A stretch of DNA of 43,885 bases from Myxococcota bacterium. Lineage in GTDB: Bacteria > Myxococcota > UBA4151. How positions within the stretch are numbered: position 1 is the first letter of the stretch; each line of letters starts with the position of its first letter. The position numbers were made by a program, and so were the translations under genes. The notes under the pieces are model-generated. The model was not told the origin of the DNA, did not search any database, and saw only the letters and a program-made list of their open reading frames with translations. The stretch is taken from NCBI GenBank assembly GCA_040260805.1, contig JBDQPD010000015.1:1-43885 (forward strand), written 5' to 3'. Shown piece by piece: positions 27,161 to 37,260 of this stretch.

Positions 27161-28132
27161 TCAAGCGCCCATTGATTCAGGGAGCCTCACCGGCTCGACT
27201 GGCCATGGGCAATCTTGGATGATGTGCAGCAGTTTTTCGGGCGACTTGATCGGGCCTACCGACTCACCAAGCATGGTCTGAGCGATCCACCCTAGAAGGT
27301 CCTCAGCGCGGGTCCCCTGCTGCCTGAGCGTCGCCGCTGCCAGACCGTCGTTTCGCTTCGACAGGCGCTCGCCCTGCGCCGTGCAGACCAAGCTGATGTG
27401 CCGATAGGCAGGCTCAGTCCAAGACAGCGCCCGCAGCAAAGACACCTGACGTAACGTGGACTCGATCAGGTCCGCTCCACGAACCACTCGCTCCACCCCA
27501 AGGTCAGCGTCATCGACAATGGTCGCCAGCTGGTAGCTCGGCAGACCGTCGCGTCGCCACACGATAAAATCGTCCAGGCCCTGCGCGGACGTCGATTGCG
27601 CTGCATAAGTCTCGTCGTGATAGCTCACCCGCCCATCGGGCGCCGCAAATCGCCAGGACCAGTCCGAGCGCTCCCCCGCCTCATACAGCGCCCATTGCGC
27701 GGCGCGTTCGGCCGGGCTGAGCCGTTGACGGTCCTCATCCTCGCCATGAGGCGCCCTCAAGGCTTCTCGAAATGCTCGCCCACTGAGCGCGCAAGGATAC
27801 ACCGATCGAGAGGCCTTGAGCTGCTCTAAGACCTGAGCGTAGCGATCGGTTCGCTCGATCTGTCGACACGCAGGGTGCTCAGGGGCGGCCCCCTCAGCAG
27901 CGAGTCGTGGCCCCGCCGGCATCGGATCAAAGCGAAGACCGATCCAAGCGAGCTCTTCACGGATCGAGGCTTCGGAGCCTTCCTTGAGCCGAGGTTGGTC
28001 TAGATCGTCGATCCGCAAGGCGCAGCCGCCCCCGTGCATCTGCGCATCGACCCATGCCAGCACTGCGCTGCGCAGGTTGCCCAGATGATGCAAACCGGTC
28101 GGGCTCGGTGCGTATCGACCCACTACTCGCAT
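27161..28132 (-). CDS. gluQ: Glutamyl-queuosine tRNA(Asp) synthetase (GluQ/YadB)
   Basis: RYAPSPTGLHHLGN, LRIDDLD, DFIVWRRDG…YQLATIVDD, VVRGADL, RLSKR. No anticodon-binding domain. Start ATG 28132. Confidence 0.88.
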   Translation of the reverse strand: MRVVGRYAPSPTGLHHLGNLRSAVLAWVDAQMHGGGCALRIDDLDQPRLKEGSEASIREELAWIGLRFDPMPAGPRLAAEGAAPEHPACRQIERTDRYAQVLEQLKASRSVYPCALSGRAFREALRAPHGEDEDRQRLSPAERAAQWALYEAGERSDWSWRFAAPDGRVSYHDETYAAQSTSAQGLDDFIVWRRDGLPSYQLATIVDDADLGVERVVRGADLIESTLRQVSLLRALSWTEPAYRHISLVCTAQGERLSKRNDGLAAATLRQQGTRAEDLLGWIAQTMLGESVGPIKSPEKLLHIIQDCPWPVEPVRLPESMGA

Positions 28133-28206
28133 GGTTGACCTCGCTCCTGTCCTTGCACGCTCCGGCATCGCAGCCTATCGGTTCGACGACAAGGGATGGA
28201 GCATCC

Positions 28207-28587
28207 ATGAAGATCATCGCTACCGACCAAGCCCCTGCCGCCATCGGCCCCTACAGCCAAGCGACGGTCCATCAGGGCGTAGTCTACGCGTCGGGCCAGA
28301 TCGCGTTGCGTCCGGACGGAACCTGGGCAGGTGGAGACATCACCGCGCAGACGCGACAGGTGCTGACCAATATGGAGGCGGTGCTCAAGGCGGCTGGCAG
28401 CTCGATCAATTCCGTACTCAAGGCGACCATCTTCCTTGAGGACATGGGCGATTTTGCGGCTGTGAATGCGGTGTATGAGGAGGTCTTCTCACACCACCGG
28501 CCGGCGCGTGAATGCGTCGCCGCCAAAGCCCTACCCCGAGGGGCAGCGGTTGAGATCTCCTGCCTCGCCGTGGTGGATCCTGCGTGA
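28207..28587 (+). CDS. ridA: RidA family reactive enamine/imine deaminase
   Basis: [28 protein letters not shown] (catalytic Arg), LPRGAAVEI. Start ATG 28207. Confidence 0.92.
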   Translation: MKIIATDQAPAAIGPYSQATVHQGVVYASGQIALRPDGTWAGGDITAQTRQVLTNMEAVLKAAGSSINSVLKATIFLEDMGDFAAVNAVYEEVFSHHRPARECVAAKALPRGAAVEISCLAVVDPA

Positions 28588-28781
28588 AGCTGTGGGTCAA
28601 CGGGCAAGCGATCGAGGCGCCTGAGGCTTGCAGCGTCAGTGGATTGCTGACCCATCTGAACATCGACGGGACGGTCGCGGTTGAGCGTAACGGCGAGCTG
28701 GTGCGTCGCGCTGACCAGGCGTCGACCCGATTAAGCGTCAAAGATCGTCTCGAGATCGTCCACTTTGTGGGAGGCGGCTGA
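28584..28781 (+). CDS. thiS: Sulfur carrier protein ThiS
   Basis: VNG…[10 protein letters not shown]…[10 protein letters not shown] with C-terminal GG. Confidence 0.95.
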   Translation: MKLWVNGQAIEAPEACSVSGLLTHLNIDGTVAVERNGELVRRADQASTRLSVKDRLEIVHFVGGG

Positions 28782-29551
28782 TGGAGCCCTTAGTTTTAGG
28801 CCAGCATCAGTTCGGCAGCCGCCTGCTCACGGGCACGGGGCGTTTTTCGAGTCTCAAGCGCACCCACGAGGCCCTCGCGGCTTCGGGCTCAGAGCTGTGC
28901 ACGCTAGCGGTTCGGCGCATCGATTTGGGTCAGACCGAGACCAGCGCGCTGCTCAAAGCCTTACCCGAAGGCATGCACATCTTACCCAACACCGCGGGCT
29001 GTATGACCGCCCAAGAAGCGCTCCGGGTGGCGCGCCTGGCACGCGAGGCGCTCGACACCGACCTGGTCAAGCTTGAGATCCTGGCCGATCCGATGACGCT
29101 GTACCCCAACAATCCCGAAACCGTTCGCGGCGCGCAGATGCTGATTGAGGATGGCTTCACCGTGCTCCCTTACTGCGGCGACGACCCGGTAGTCTGCCGA
29201 GAGCTCGCCGCCATCGGCTGCGCTGCGGTCATGCCGCTCGCCGCGCCGATTGGCTCAGGCCTTGGTGTCGTGAATCCTCATGTACTGCGCCTGATCATCG
29301 ATCAGGTCTCGGTGCCGGTCATCGTCGACGCCGGACTGGGCAGCCCAATGGACGCATGCCAAGCCATGGAGCTCGGCGCCGATGCGGTCCTGGTCAACAC
29401 GGCGATCGCTGCGGCAGACGACCCTGTCGCCATGGCGAAGGCTTTTGGCTTAGCGGTAGAGGCTGGCTATTTGAGCTTCCGCGCAGGCCGAATCCCCAAG
29501 AAGCCTTACGCGACCGCTTCGAGCCCTATTGACGGGGTGGTCGAAGGATAG
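28781..29551 (+). CDS. thiG: Thiazole synthase ThiG
   Basis: [52 protein letters not shown]. Confidence 0.96.
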   Translation: MEPLVLGQHQFGSRLLTGTGRFSSLKRTHEALAASGSELCTLAVRRIDLGQTETSALLKALPEGMHILPNTAGCMTAQEALRVARLAREALDTDLVKLEILADPMTLYPNNPETVRGAQMLIEDGFTVLPYCGDDPVVCRELAAIGCAAVMPLAAPIGSGLGVVNPHVLRLIIDQVSVPVIVDAGLGSPMDACQAMELGADAVLVNTAIAAADDPVAMAKAFGLAVEAGYLSFRAGRIPKKPYATASSPIDGVVEG

Positions 29552-29957
29552 CGTCGAGCTCGCTTAAACGCACTGCGATCTGATCAGCGACCTCTAAGAA
29601 GCGTCCAAGCTGAGCGGCCTGATCTTCACCCGGTTGCGCATCGGCTGGATCGGGCATCGGCCAATGCAGGCGCGTCGCTTCATGCAAGTAAGCAGGGCAG
29701 TATTCCTCGGCGCACAAGGTCACGACGACGTCGACGCTCGAGGGGTCGATCGTGTCCACCCCCTTGGACGACAACCCCGACGTGTCGAGGTTACGCTCGT
29801 GGCAAGCAGCGAGCGCTAAAGGATGGACGCGGCTCGGCTCAGACCCAGCGCTTTGAACACGCACTGCGTCGCCGTAGCGCGCCTGCGCCAGCGCATCCGC
29901 CATCTGGCTTCGAGCTGAATTGGCGACACACAGAAACAGTAAGCCAGGCTTGCTCAT
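29526..29957 (-). CDS. arsC: Arsenate reductase ArsC (thioredoxin-coupled, LMW-PTP fold)
   Basis: LFLCVANSARSQMA P-loop, SAGS, VVTLCAEEYCP (resolving Cys pair), HWPMPDP. ATG 29957 overlaps the upstream stop. Confidence 0.8.
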   Translation of the reverse strand: MSKPGLLFLCVANSARSQMADALAQARYGDAVRVQSAGSEPSRVHPLALAACHERNLDTSGLSSKGVDTIDPSSVDVVVTLCAEEYCPAYLHEATRLHWPMPDPADAQPGEDQAAQLGRFLEVADQIAVRLSELDAILRPPRQ

Positions 29958-30589
29958 GCGGCAGCGACTCCCACGCCGACCTCTTGGCACAACGCGTCGA
30001 GGAACTGTTCAAACAAACCAGCCTCGAAGGCGCGCAGATCGACCATCCGCTCAGCCCATTTCGAATCGATCTTCGCCAGCTCTTGCTCCATCTCCCGAAG
30101 GTGCCCTTCTTCTTCGGCGATAATACCCGCCAAGCTGACCGGCAGCTTCGCCCGACGCATCATCTTGTGATACGCTGGATAGAGCCAGTCTGCGCGCTCT
30201 TCGATCAGGGTCGTGACGTACAAATAACTGGCGTAACTCAAGGCATCGTCGGTCAGTCCGCCGCGCTCAAGGCGAGCACAGACTCCGTGATCGAGTTCGT
30301 AGAAGTAGGACTTGGCGGCATCCCCGCACAGCAGACTCTCAGCCGTGAACTCAGAGCCGACGTTGGGATCGATCCGCAGCGCCGCGCGCTTGAAGAAGTG
30401 CGCATGGCGGCTCTCCTCAGCGGCGTGGCGCAGGATCATCTCACTCATCCTCCTGCTCGCCTGGCTTTTCAGCATCTTTCGAGCGCCAGTGTATTCGAGC
30501 AACGCAACGGTATTGAGCCAGCGCGCATGGCGTGGCGGATCCTCGATCAATCGAGCGATCACATCTTGCATGGTCGAGAGTTCAGGCAT
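29954..30589 (-). CDS. Ferritin-like di-iron protein, BioE-like (putative pimeloyl-generating oxygenase)
   Basis: E…EESRH…E…EEEGH four-helix di-iron ligand pattern; 'HARWLNT…GARK…HAAEE' segment; directly downstream of bioBFDA. Confidence 0.7.
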   Translation of the reverse strand: MPELSTMQDVIARLIEDPPRHARWLNTVALLEYTGARKMLKSQASRRMSEMILRHAAEESRHAHFFKRAALRIDPNVGSEFTAESLLCGDAAKSYFYELDHGVCARLERGGLTDDALSYASYLYVTTLIEERADWLYPAYHKMMRRAKLPVSLAGIIAEEEGHLREMEQELAKIDSKWAERMVDLRAFEAGLFEQFLDALCQEVGVGVAAA

Positions 30590-30639
30590 GATTGGCTCCC
30601 TTTGTTGGCTCAGCCTTTGCCGGGCCGCTCGCTAGCGGG

Positions 30640-31887
30640 TCAAGCAGACAACTCCGCTCGAGTCGCTTCAAAAAGATGATCGAGGCAACGATCTAGCTCG
30701 GGCTCGCTGATGCAAAATGGCGGCATCAAGTAAAGCGTATTGCCTAGAGGGCGCGAATAAAGACCCATTGGGAAGGTTCGATCGCTCACACGCCGGCCGA
30801 TCGGGTCTAAGTAGCCCCCCATCTCGCTGGTCAGTTCAAACGCAAAAATATCACCTCGCTGTCGCACATTTTCGACGCCATCGAGGCCGCTGAACATCGG
30901 CGCGGCTGCGCTGTATTGCGATTCGATGCCGGCGATTCGCTGTAAGGTGCCCTCTTCCTCATAGAGCGACAGCGCCGCAAGAGATGCCGCGCAGGCGATC
31001 GGGTTCCCCGTGTACGAATGACCATGGAGGAAGGCTTCGGTTTTCTGGCTCCCTAAAAAGGCCTCATAAATCGCAGGGGAACAGGTCGTGATTCCCAGCG
31101 GCAGCGTGCCTCCAGTGATGCCCTTCGATGCGGCTAAGATATCCGGCGTAATCCCCGCTTGCTCGCATGCAAACAAAGTGCCTGTCCTGCCCCATCCGGT
31201 CATCACCTCATCGAGCAAGAAGTAAACACCAAACTCCCGGCAAATCTCGCTGCATTCCCGCAGGTAATCGACGCTCGAAAACACCATCCCAGCGGCGCCC
31301 TGAACCAGCGGCTCCATGATCACACCAGCGGTCGTCTGTGCATGCTTTTCAAGGTGGGCTCTGAGCGCCTGAGCGTCGCCATAGGGCAGCACGGTGCTGT
31401 CAAAGAGAAGGTCCCAGAAGGGTTCGTTAAACACACCGCGCTCGCCGACACTCATCGCGCCCACCGTGTCGCCGTGGTAGGCGCCCTCAAACGCCACAAA
31501 GTCGCGCCGTTGTTTGGCGCCGAGATTGTGCTGCGCCTGGAGCGCCATCTTGAGCATCACCTCCACCGAGGTCGAGCCGTTGTCCGAGTAAAAGACGTGG
31601 TCCAGATCCCCTGGCAACATGTCTTTGAGTACAGCGCTCAAACGAGCAGCCGGTTCGTGGCTAAAGTCAGCCAGGATGACCTGGTCAAACTGCCGCGCCT
31701 GCGCGGCGATCGCTTCGGCAATTTTGGGATGCGAGTGACCGTGGGTATTGACCCACCACGAGCTGATCCCATCGATCGCTTGATGACCGTCAGCGAAGGA
31801 CAGCCAGGCGCCTTGAGCGGCGATCACTCGACCGCGCGGCTCGAAGCCCTTCATCTGAGTAAACGGATGCCAAATACTGGCGCTCAT
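30640..31887 (-). CDS. bioA: Adenosylmethionine-8-amino-7-oxononanoate transaminase
   Basis: IWHPFTQM, DGISSWWVNTHGH, SDNGSTSVEV, AYHGDT, DEVMTGWGRTG, SKGITGG, HGHSYTGNP. Confidence 0.97.
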   Translation of the reverse strand: MSASIWHPFTQMKGFEPRGRVIAAQGAWLSFADGHQAIDGISSWWVNTHGHSHPKIAEAIAAQARQFDQVILADFSHEPAARLSAVLKDMLPGDLDHVFYSDNGSTSVEVMLKMALQAQHNLGAKQRRDFVAFEGAYHGDTVGAMSVGERGVFNEPFWDLLFDSTVLPYGDAQALRAHLEKHAQTTAGVIMEPLVQGAAGMVFSSVDYLRECSEICREFGVYFLLDEVMTGWGRTGTLFACEQAGITPDILAASKGITGGTLPLGITTCSPAIYEAFLGSQKTEAFLHGHSYTGNPIACAASLAALSLYEEEGTLQRIAGIESQYSAAAPMFSGLDGVENVRQRGDIFAFELTSEMGGYLDPIGRRVSDRTFPMGLYSRPLGNTLYLMPPFCISEPELDRCLDHLFEATRAELSA

Positions 31888-32504
31888 GACCGCTCCAAAT
31901 CGTGCGTGATCGAGGTCACGCAGGCGTCAAAGTCCCTCTCGACATTGTTCATCCAAGGCAAGCGCAACAAAAGGCTCACCTCACCCATGCGCTGAAGGTC
32001 ACGTTGGTTCTCATGGTGTTCGTCACCGACCAGGACCAAGCCCGCCACGTCTAAGCCGTCGGCGCGCAGGGCACGCAGGCTCAGTAAGGTGTGATTGAGC
32101 GTCCCGAGTCCGGTGCGACCCACGAGCACAACCGGCAAGCCCAAATGGCGAATCAAGTCACCCTGCCAGAGCAAAGGGTCATCGGCATAAGGGACCTGAT
32201 AACCACCAGCTCCCTCGACCAAAATACGCTCCGAGGCAGGCATAGATACGTCCTCTAGAGCGATGCGGATCTGCTCATCCTGGGCAGCAGCGTGCGGACT
32301 TGCGGGGCGCTTAAGACGCCAGGTTTCAGGGTGCGTTTTAACCTTGGCGAGGCGCGCTACCACCTCGGTGTCTGTCTCTTCGGAGAGGCCGGCCTGCGCC
32401 GGCTTCCAGTACTCAAGCTCAAGCGCTCGACACAGCAGCGCAGCGGTGATGGTCTTGCCGACATCGGTGTCGGTGCCGGTGAGGTAAAAACGGTCAGGAA
32501 ACAT
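31884..32504 (-). CDS. bioD: Dethiobiotin synthase
   Basis: TGTDTDVGKT, WKPAQAG, PASPH, VEGAGG, LGTLNHTLL. Confidence 0.95.
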   Translation of the reverse strand: MFPDRFYLTGTDTDVGKTITAALLCRALELEYWKPAQAGLSEETDTEVVARLAKVKTHPETWRLKRPASPHAAAQDEQIRIALEDVSMPASERILVEGAGGYQVPYADDPLLWQGDLIRHLGLPVVLVGRTGLGTLNHTLLSLRALRADGLDVAGLVLVGDEHHENQRDLQRMGEVSLLLRLPWMNNVERDFDACVTSITHDLERS

Positions 32505-33597
32505 CGACGAGATCCTTCGCTAAACAATCGACTTGGTCCTCGCTCAAATCGGCGCGTAAGACGATGCGCAAGCGCGCCGTCCCTTTGGGCACGGTGGGAG
32601 GACGCAGTGGTCTGAGGGACCAGCCTCGCTGAGCCAGCGCATTCGAGACCCGAACGGCGCGCTCAACGGGACCTAAAATAATCGGGACGATCTGACTTCG
32701 CGAGGCGCCAAACTCCAGCCGGCCTTCGAGCGCGCAGCGCAGGCGGTCAGCGAGCCTCAACGGTCGCGACCGTCCATCGCCCAAGGCTTGAATACGATCG
32801 ATTGCGGCGTGCAGCGCAGGGACCAACATCGGCGTCGGCGCTGTACTGTAGATGAAGGACCGGCCCTTATTGATGAGCAGCTCGATGGTCGCGGCGTCGG
32901 CGCAGACAAAGGCGCCAGAGAGCCCCAGAGCTTTACCGCAGGGATGAAGGCTAGCGAAGGGCTGCAGATCACTCGGGAGCTCAGAGCAGCGCCCCGCCCC
33001 TTGCCCACCATAGAGTCCAGTAGAGTGCGCTTCATCAATGATCAGTCGAGCGTCATAACGTTTCGCCAGCTCTGCGAGCGCCCGAAGCGGCGCTTCGTCA
33101 CCGTCCATGCTGAACACCGACTCCACCACAATCCAAGCGCCAGAGCCTGCATTTTTCAAGCCCTCTTCGTAAGCCGCTAAGTCGCCATGAGGGATGATCT
33201 CAACGCGCCCTCTGCAGAGTCTTAAACCATCGATAATACTCGCGTGATTAAGCTCGTCACTAAGCACTGTATCACCGGCTTCAATCAACCCGGCGAGCAG
33301 CCCTAAATTAGCCGCATAACCGCTGCTGAAAAACAGGCTGCGTTCCCGGCCTTGCCAGTCGGCAAAACGCGCTTCGAGCGTCGACCAATGCGTCGCCTCA
33401 CCCGAGAGCAAACGAGAACCCGTACTCCCGGTGGGTAAGCCTTCCTCAAGAGCGCGCCGAACGGCCAGCGCGATCGCCGGATCTTTGCTCAGACCGAGCA
33501 CATCATTGCTCGACAGATCGATCCCATCAGCAACCGCTAAATGACGCTGCAAGCCGGCTTGATTGAGCGCCCCAAGGCGCTCGGTGACCGAGCTCAT
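32494..33597 (-). CDS. bioF: 8-amino-7-oxononanoate synthase
   Basis: SSND.LGL, GSTGSRLLSG, SGYAAN, NHASIIDG, ESVFSMDGD, DEAH, GKALG, RPPTVP. Confidence 0.95.
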   Translation of the reverse strand: MSSVTERLGALNQAGLQRHLAVADGIDLSSNDVLGLSKDPAIALAVRRALEEGLPTGSTGSRLLSGEATHWSTLEARFADWQGRERSLFFSSGYAANLGLLAGLIEAGDTVLSDELNHASIIDGLRLCRGRVEIIPHGDLAAYEEGLKNAGSGAWIVVESVFSMDGDEAPLRALAELAKRYDARLIIDEAHSTGLYGGQGAGRCSELPSDLQPFASLHPCGKALGLSGAFVCADAATIELLINKGRSFIYSTAPTPMLVPALHAAIDRIQALGDGRSRPLRLADRLRCALEGRLEFGASRSQIVPIILGPVERAVRVSNALAQRGWSLRPLRPPTVPKGTARLRIVLRADLSEDQVDCLAKDLVDVS

Positions 33598-34592
33598 CAG
33601 GTCGCCGCTTCAACCACCCTTTTTGCGCTGTTCCTGAGGCGGGGTTGTGCCTCGAGCGGTTCAATCCCGAGCACGCTGAACAGCTCTTTATCCGCCGCAA
33701 ACTCAGGGTTCTCGGTGGTCAGCAAGCGATCGCCGTAAAAGATCGAGTTGGCGCCGCACATGAAGGCTAGCGCTTGCCCTTCACGCGACAAACTGCGTCG
33801 TCCCGCCGCTAGGCGAATGCGAGCTTTCGGCATCAGCAGACGCGCCACCGCGATGGTCTTGAGAAACTCAAAGGAGTCGACCGGCGTTTGATCCTCGAGA
33901 GGCGTGCCTTCGACCGCCACTAAGCTGTTGATCGGCACCGACTCGGGGTGCTGAGGCAAGTTCGCTAACGTGACCAGCATGCCGGCGCGATCGCGCAGCG
34001 TCTCGCCCATCCCCACGATGCCTCCGCTGCAGACTGAGAGGCCCGCATCTCGAACCGCTTGCAGCGTCTCCATACGATCCTCAAAGGCCCGGGTGGAGAT
34101 CACACGCTCGTAGTACTCGGGGCTGGTGTCGATGTTGTGATTATAGGCGGTTAGACCAGCCTCTTCTAGCCGCTGAGCCTGAGCGTCGGTGACCATACCC
34201 AAGGTGGCACACACCTCTAAACCAAGGTCCGAAACCGCCGAGACCATCTCCAGCGTTCGATCGAAGTCTTTGTTGTCGCGGACCTTTCGCCAGGCCGCGC
34301 CCATGCAGAATCGCGAAGCGCCATTGGCTTTGGCGCAGCGCGCTTGCTCTAAAACCGTATCAAGCGGCAAAAGTGCCTCAGCATCGAGCCCCGTCGCATA
34401 ACGCGCCGACTGCGGACAATAGGCGCAGTCCTCAGGGCAACCACCACTCTTAATATTGCTCAAGGTGCACAGCTGCACCTTGTTCGCTGGATGATGAGAA
34501 CGATGCATGGTCTGCGCTTGGTGGCACAGGTCCATAAAGGGCGATTCCAACAAGGCGAGCGCCTCGTCGACGGTCCAGTCGTGACGGATCAT
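33597..34592 (-). CDS. bioB: Biotin synthase (radical SAM)
   Basis: CPEDCAYCPQS, RFCMGAAW, YNHNIDT, CSGGIVGMGE, SVPIN, GANSIFYG. Confidence 0.98.
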   Translation of the reverse strand: MIRHDWTVDEALALLESPFMDLCHQAQTMHRSHHPANKVQLCTLSNIKSGGCPEDCAYCPQSARYATGLDAEALLPLDTVLEQARCAKANGASRFCMGAAWRKVRDNKDFDRTLEMVSAVSDLGLEVCATLGMVTDAQAQRLEEAGLTAYNHNIDTSPEYYERVISTRAFEDRMETLQAVRDAGLSVCSGGIVGMGETLRDRAGMLVTLANLPQHPESVPINSLVAVEGTPLEDQTPVDSFEFLKTIAVARLLMPKARIRLAAGRRSLSREGQALAFMCGANSIFYGDRLLTTENPEFAADKELFSVLGIEPLEAQPRLRNSAKRVVEAAT

Positions 34593-34658
34593 AGCAACCT
34601 CTCACGGGGCTTAGGCACGGCAGCGCTAGCGGCCGACGCCAGGGGTTTCAACCCCGCT

Positions 34659-35825
<1,167 letters not shown>

Positions 35826-35893
35826 TCAACCTTTATCGACCCAAGCTCGATGAGTCTCCTGCTATGGATCGCTCCATGGCGGCGCTCAAGCGG

Positions 35894-36937
35894 TCACGAA
35901 TGCGACGCCATGCGCTCCACAAAGTTGGCGTCGCCATAGCTATAGAATCGGTAGTCGCCTGCGATGGCGTGCGCATACGCGGCGCGCGTCCGCTGCTCGC
36001 CAGCGAAAGCGGCAACCAACTGGATCAGCGACGAATCCGGTAAATGAAAATTGGTCAGCAGCGCATCCACCGCCGCAAAGGTGTGTCCGCCGGGGTGGAT
36101 ATACAGCCCGTTGAACTCTGCCATCGGGACCACTTTGCCGTCACCGAGTTGAGCAGCTCGCTCCAAACTGCGAACCACCGTGGTCCCCACCGCGACGACG
36201 CGTCCTTGCCGCGCCTTGCAGCGCGCAACGGCCTCCGCCGTCTCTTGAGAGACACTACAGAACTCAGGCACCAACTCGTGATCGGCCACATCATCAACTC
36301 GAATCGGCTGAAACGTGCCTGGCCCCACATGCAAGGTCACCGCGCAGCGCTCGACACCCTTGGCTTCGAGCTGCCTGAGCAGTTGGGTGCTCAAATGCAA
36401 TCCAGCGGTCGGTGCTGCGACTGCGCCAGGGCTGCTTGCGTACACCGTTTGATAGTCTTCTCGGTCCAGCTCATCTGCTGGGCGATCAATATAAGGCGGG
36501 AGCGGCATGGCGCCGTAGCGCTCAAGCCAGGGTGTCAGCGGCGAACCGTCGACCAGGCTGACCCACAAGGCGCCGTCATCAGTGCGCCCTTCAATCAGCA
36601 GCTTACCCCCGGCTGTGCTCAACACCTTACCCACGAGTTTCTTGGCTGGCTTACCCCAAGCGATCCAGCGCCGATCGTCGGCATCAGGATCCGGCTGCAC
36701 AAACAAGAGCTCAGAGCGCCCACCACCTGGGCGAGTCCCGTAGACCCGAGCCGGTACGACGCGGGCATCGTTGACCACCAACAGATCACCCGGCTCAAGC
36801 AATTCCGATAACTCGGTCACCTGACGGTCCACCAAGCTCGCATCCGATCGCCAGTGCAGCATCCGACCACCATCTCGTTGGACTGCGGGTCGGCGAGCGA
36901 TTCGCTCTGCCGGTAATTCGAACCAAGGCTGGACCAT
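35894..36937 (-). CDS. queA: S-adenosylmethionine:tRNA ribosyltransferase-isomerase
   Basis: PLPPYI, YQTVYA, AVAAPTAGLH, TLHVGPGTF, AVGTT, TNFHLP, YRFYSYGDA. Confidence 0.96.
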   Translation of the reverse strand: MVQPWFELPAERIARRPAVQRDGGRMLHWRSDASLVDRQVTELSELLEPGDLLVVNDARVVPARVYGTRPGGGRSELLFVQPDPDADDRRWIAWGKPAKKLVGKVLSTAGGKLLIEGRTDDGALWVSLVDGSPLTPWLERYGAMPLPPYIDRPADELDREDYQTVYASSPGAVAAPTAGLHLSTQLLRQLEAKGVERCAVTLHVGPGTFQPIRVDDVADHELVPEFCSVSQETAEAVARCKARQGRVVAVGTTVVRSLERAAQLGDGKVVPMAEFNGLYIHPGGHTFAAVDALLTNFHLPDSSLIQLVAAFAGEQRTRAAYAHAIAGDYRFYSYGDANFVERMASHS

Positions 36938-36940
36938 GAT

Positions 36941-37237
36941 CTAGCCGCAGGACCCTTCGGGGTTCATTGAGCAGCTTGAACAGCCCTCACCCACGCCACA
37001 GTTGCAGGCGCTTTCAACCACCGCCATCCCAACGCTCGCAAGGTCGTCAGCGGCGACCACTGCGTGAATGTCGCGCCACGGACCAATCATCTGGTCACAG
37101 CGCACGCAGCGCGCCCAATCCCCTCCTTCGACGTCATCGACGTACACGACGACCGGGCCGCAATTAATGCAGTCGCCTTTGGGCAGGTTGACTCGAAAGG
37201 CTAGGCTCATGCTCGGAGTGTCACCTCTGTTGTCCAT
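36941..37237 (-). CDS. Small Cys-rich hypothetical protein
   Basis: CINC…CVRC…CNC…CSSC…C (9 Cys). Fills the gap directly upstream of queA. Alternative start at 37210. Confidence 0.6.
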   Translation of the reverse strand: MDNRGDTPSMSLAFRVNLPKGDCINCGPVVVYVDDVEGGDWARCVRCDQMIGPWRDIHAVVAADDLASVGMAVVESACNCGVGEGCSSCSMNPEGSCG

Positions 37238-37260
37238 CAGAGCAATGATTTTCGCCCACG

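Noticed and set aside
34593..34658. BirA operator upstream of bioB
   Set aside because: No TGTAAAC-N-GTTTACA-like palindrome; only a short GGGGT/ACCCC hairpin just after tgt.
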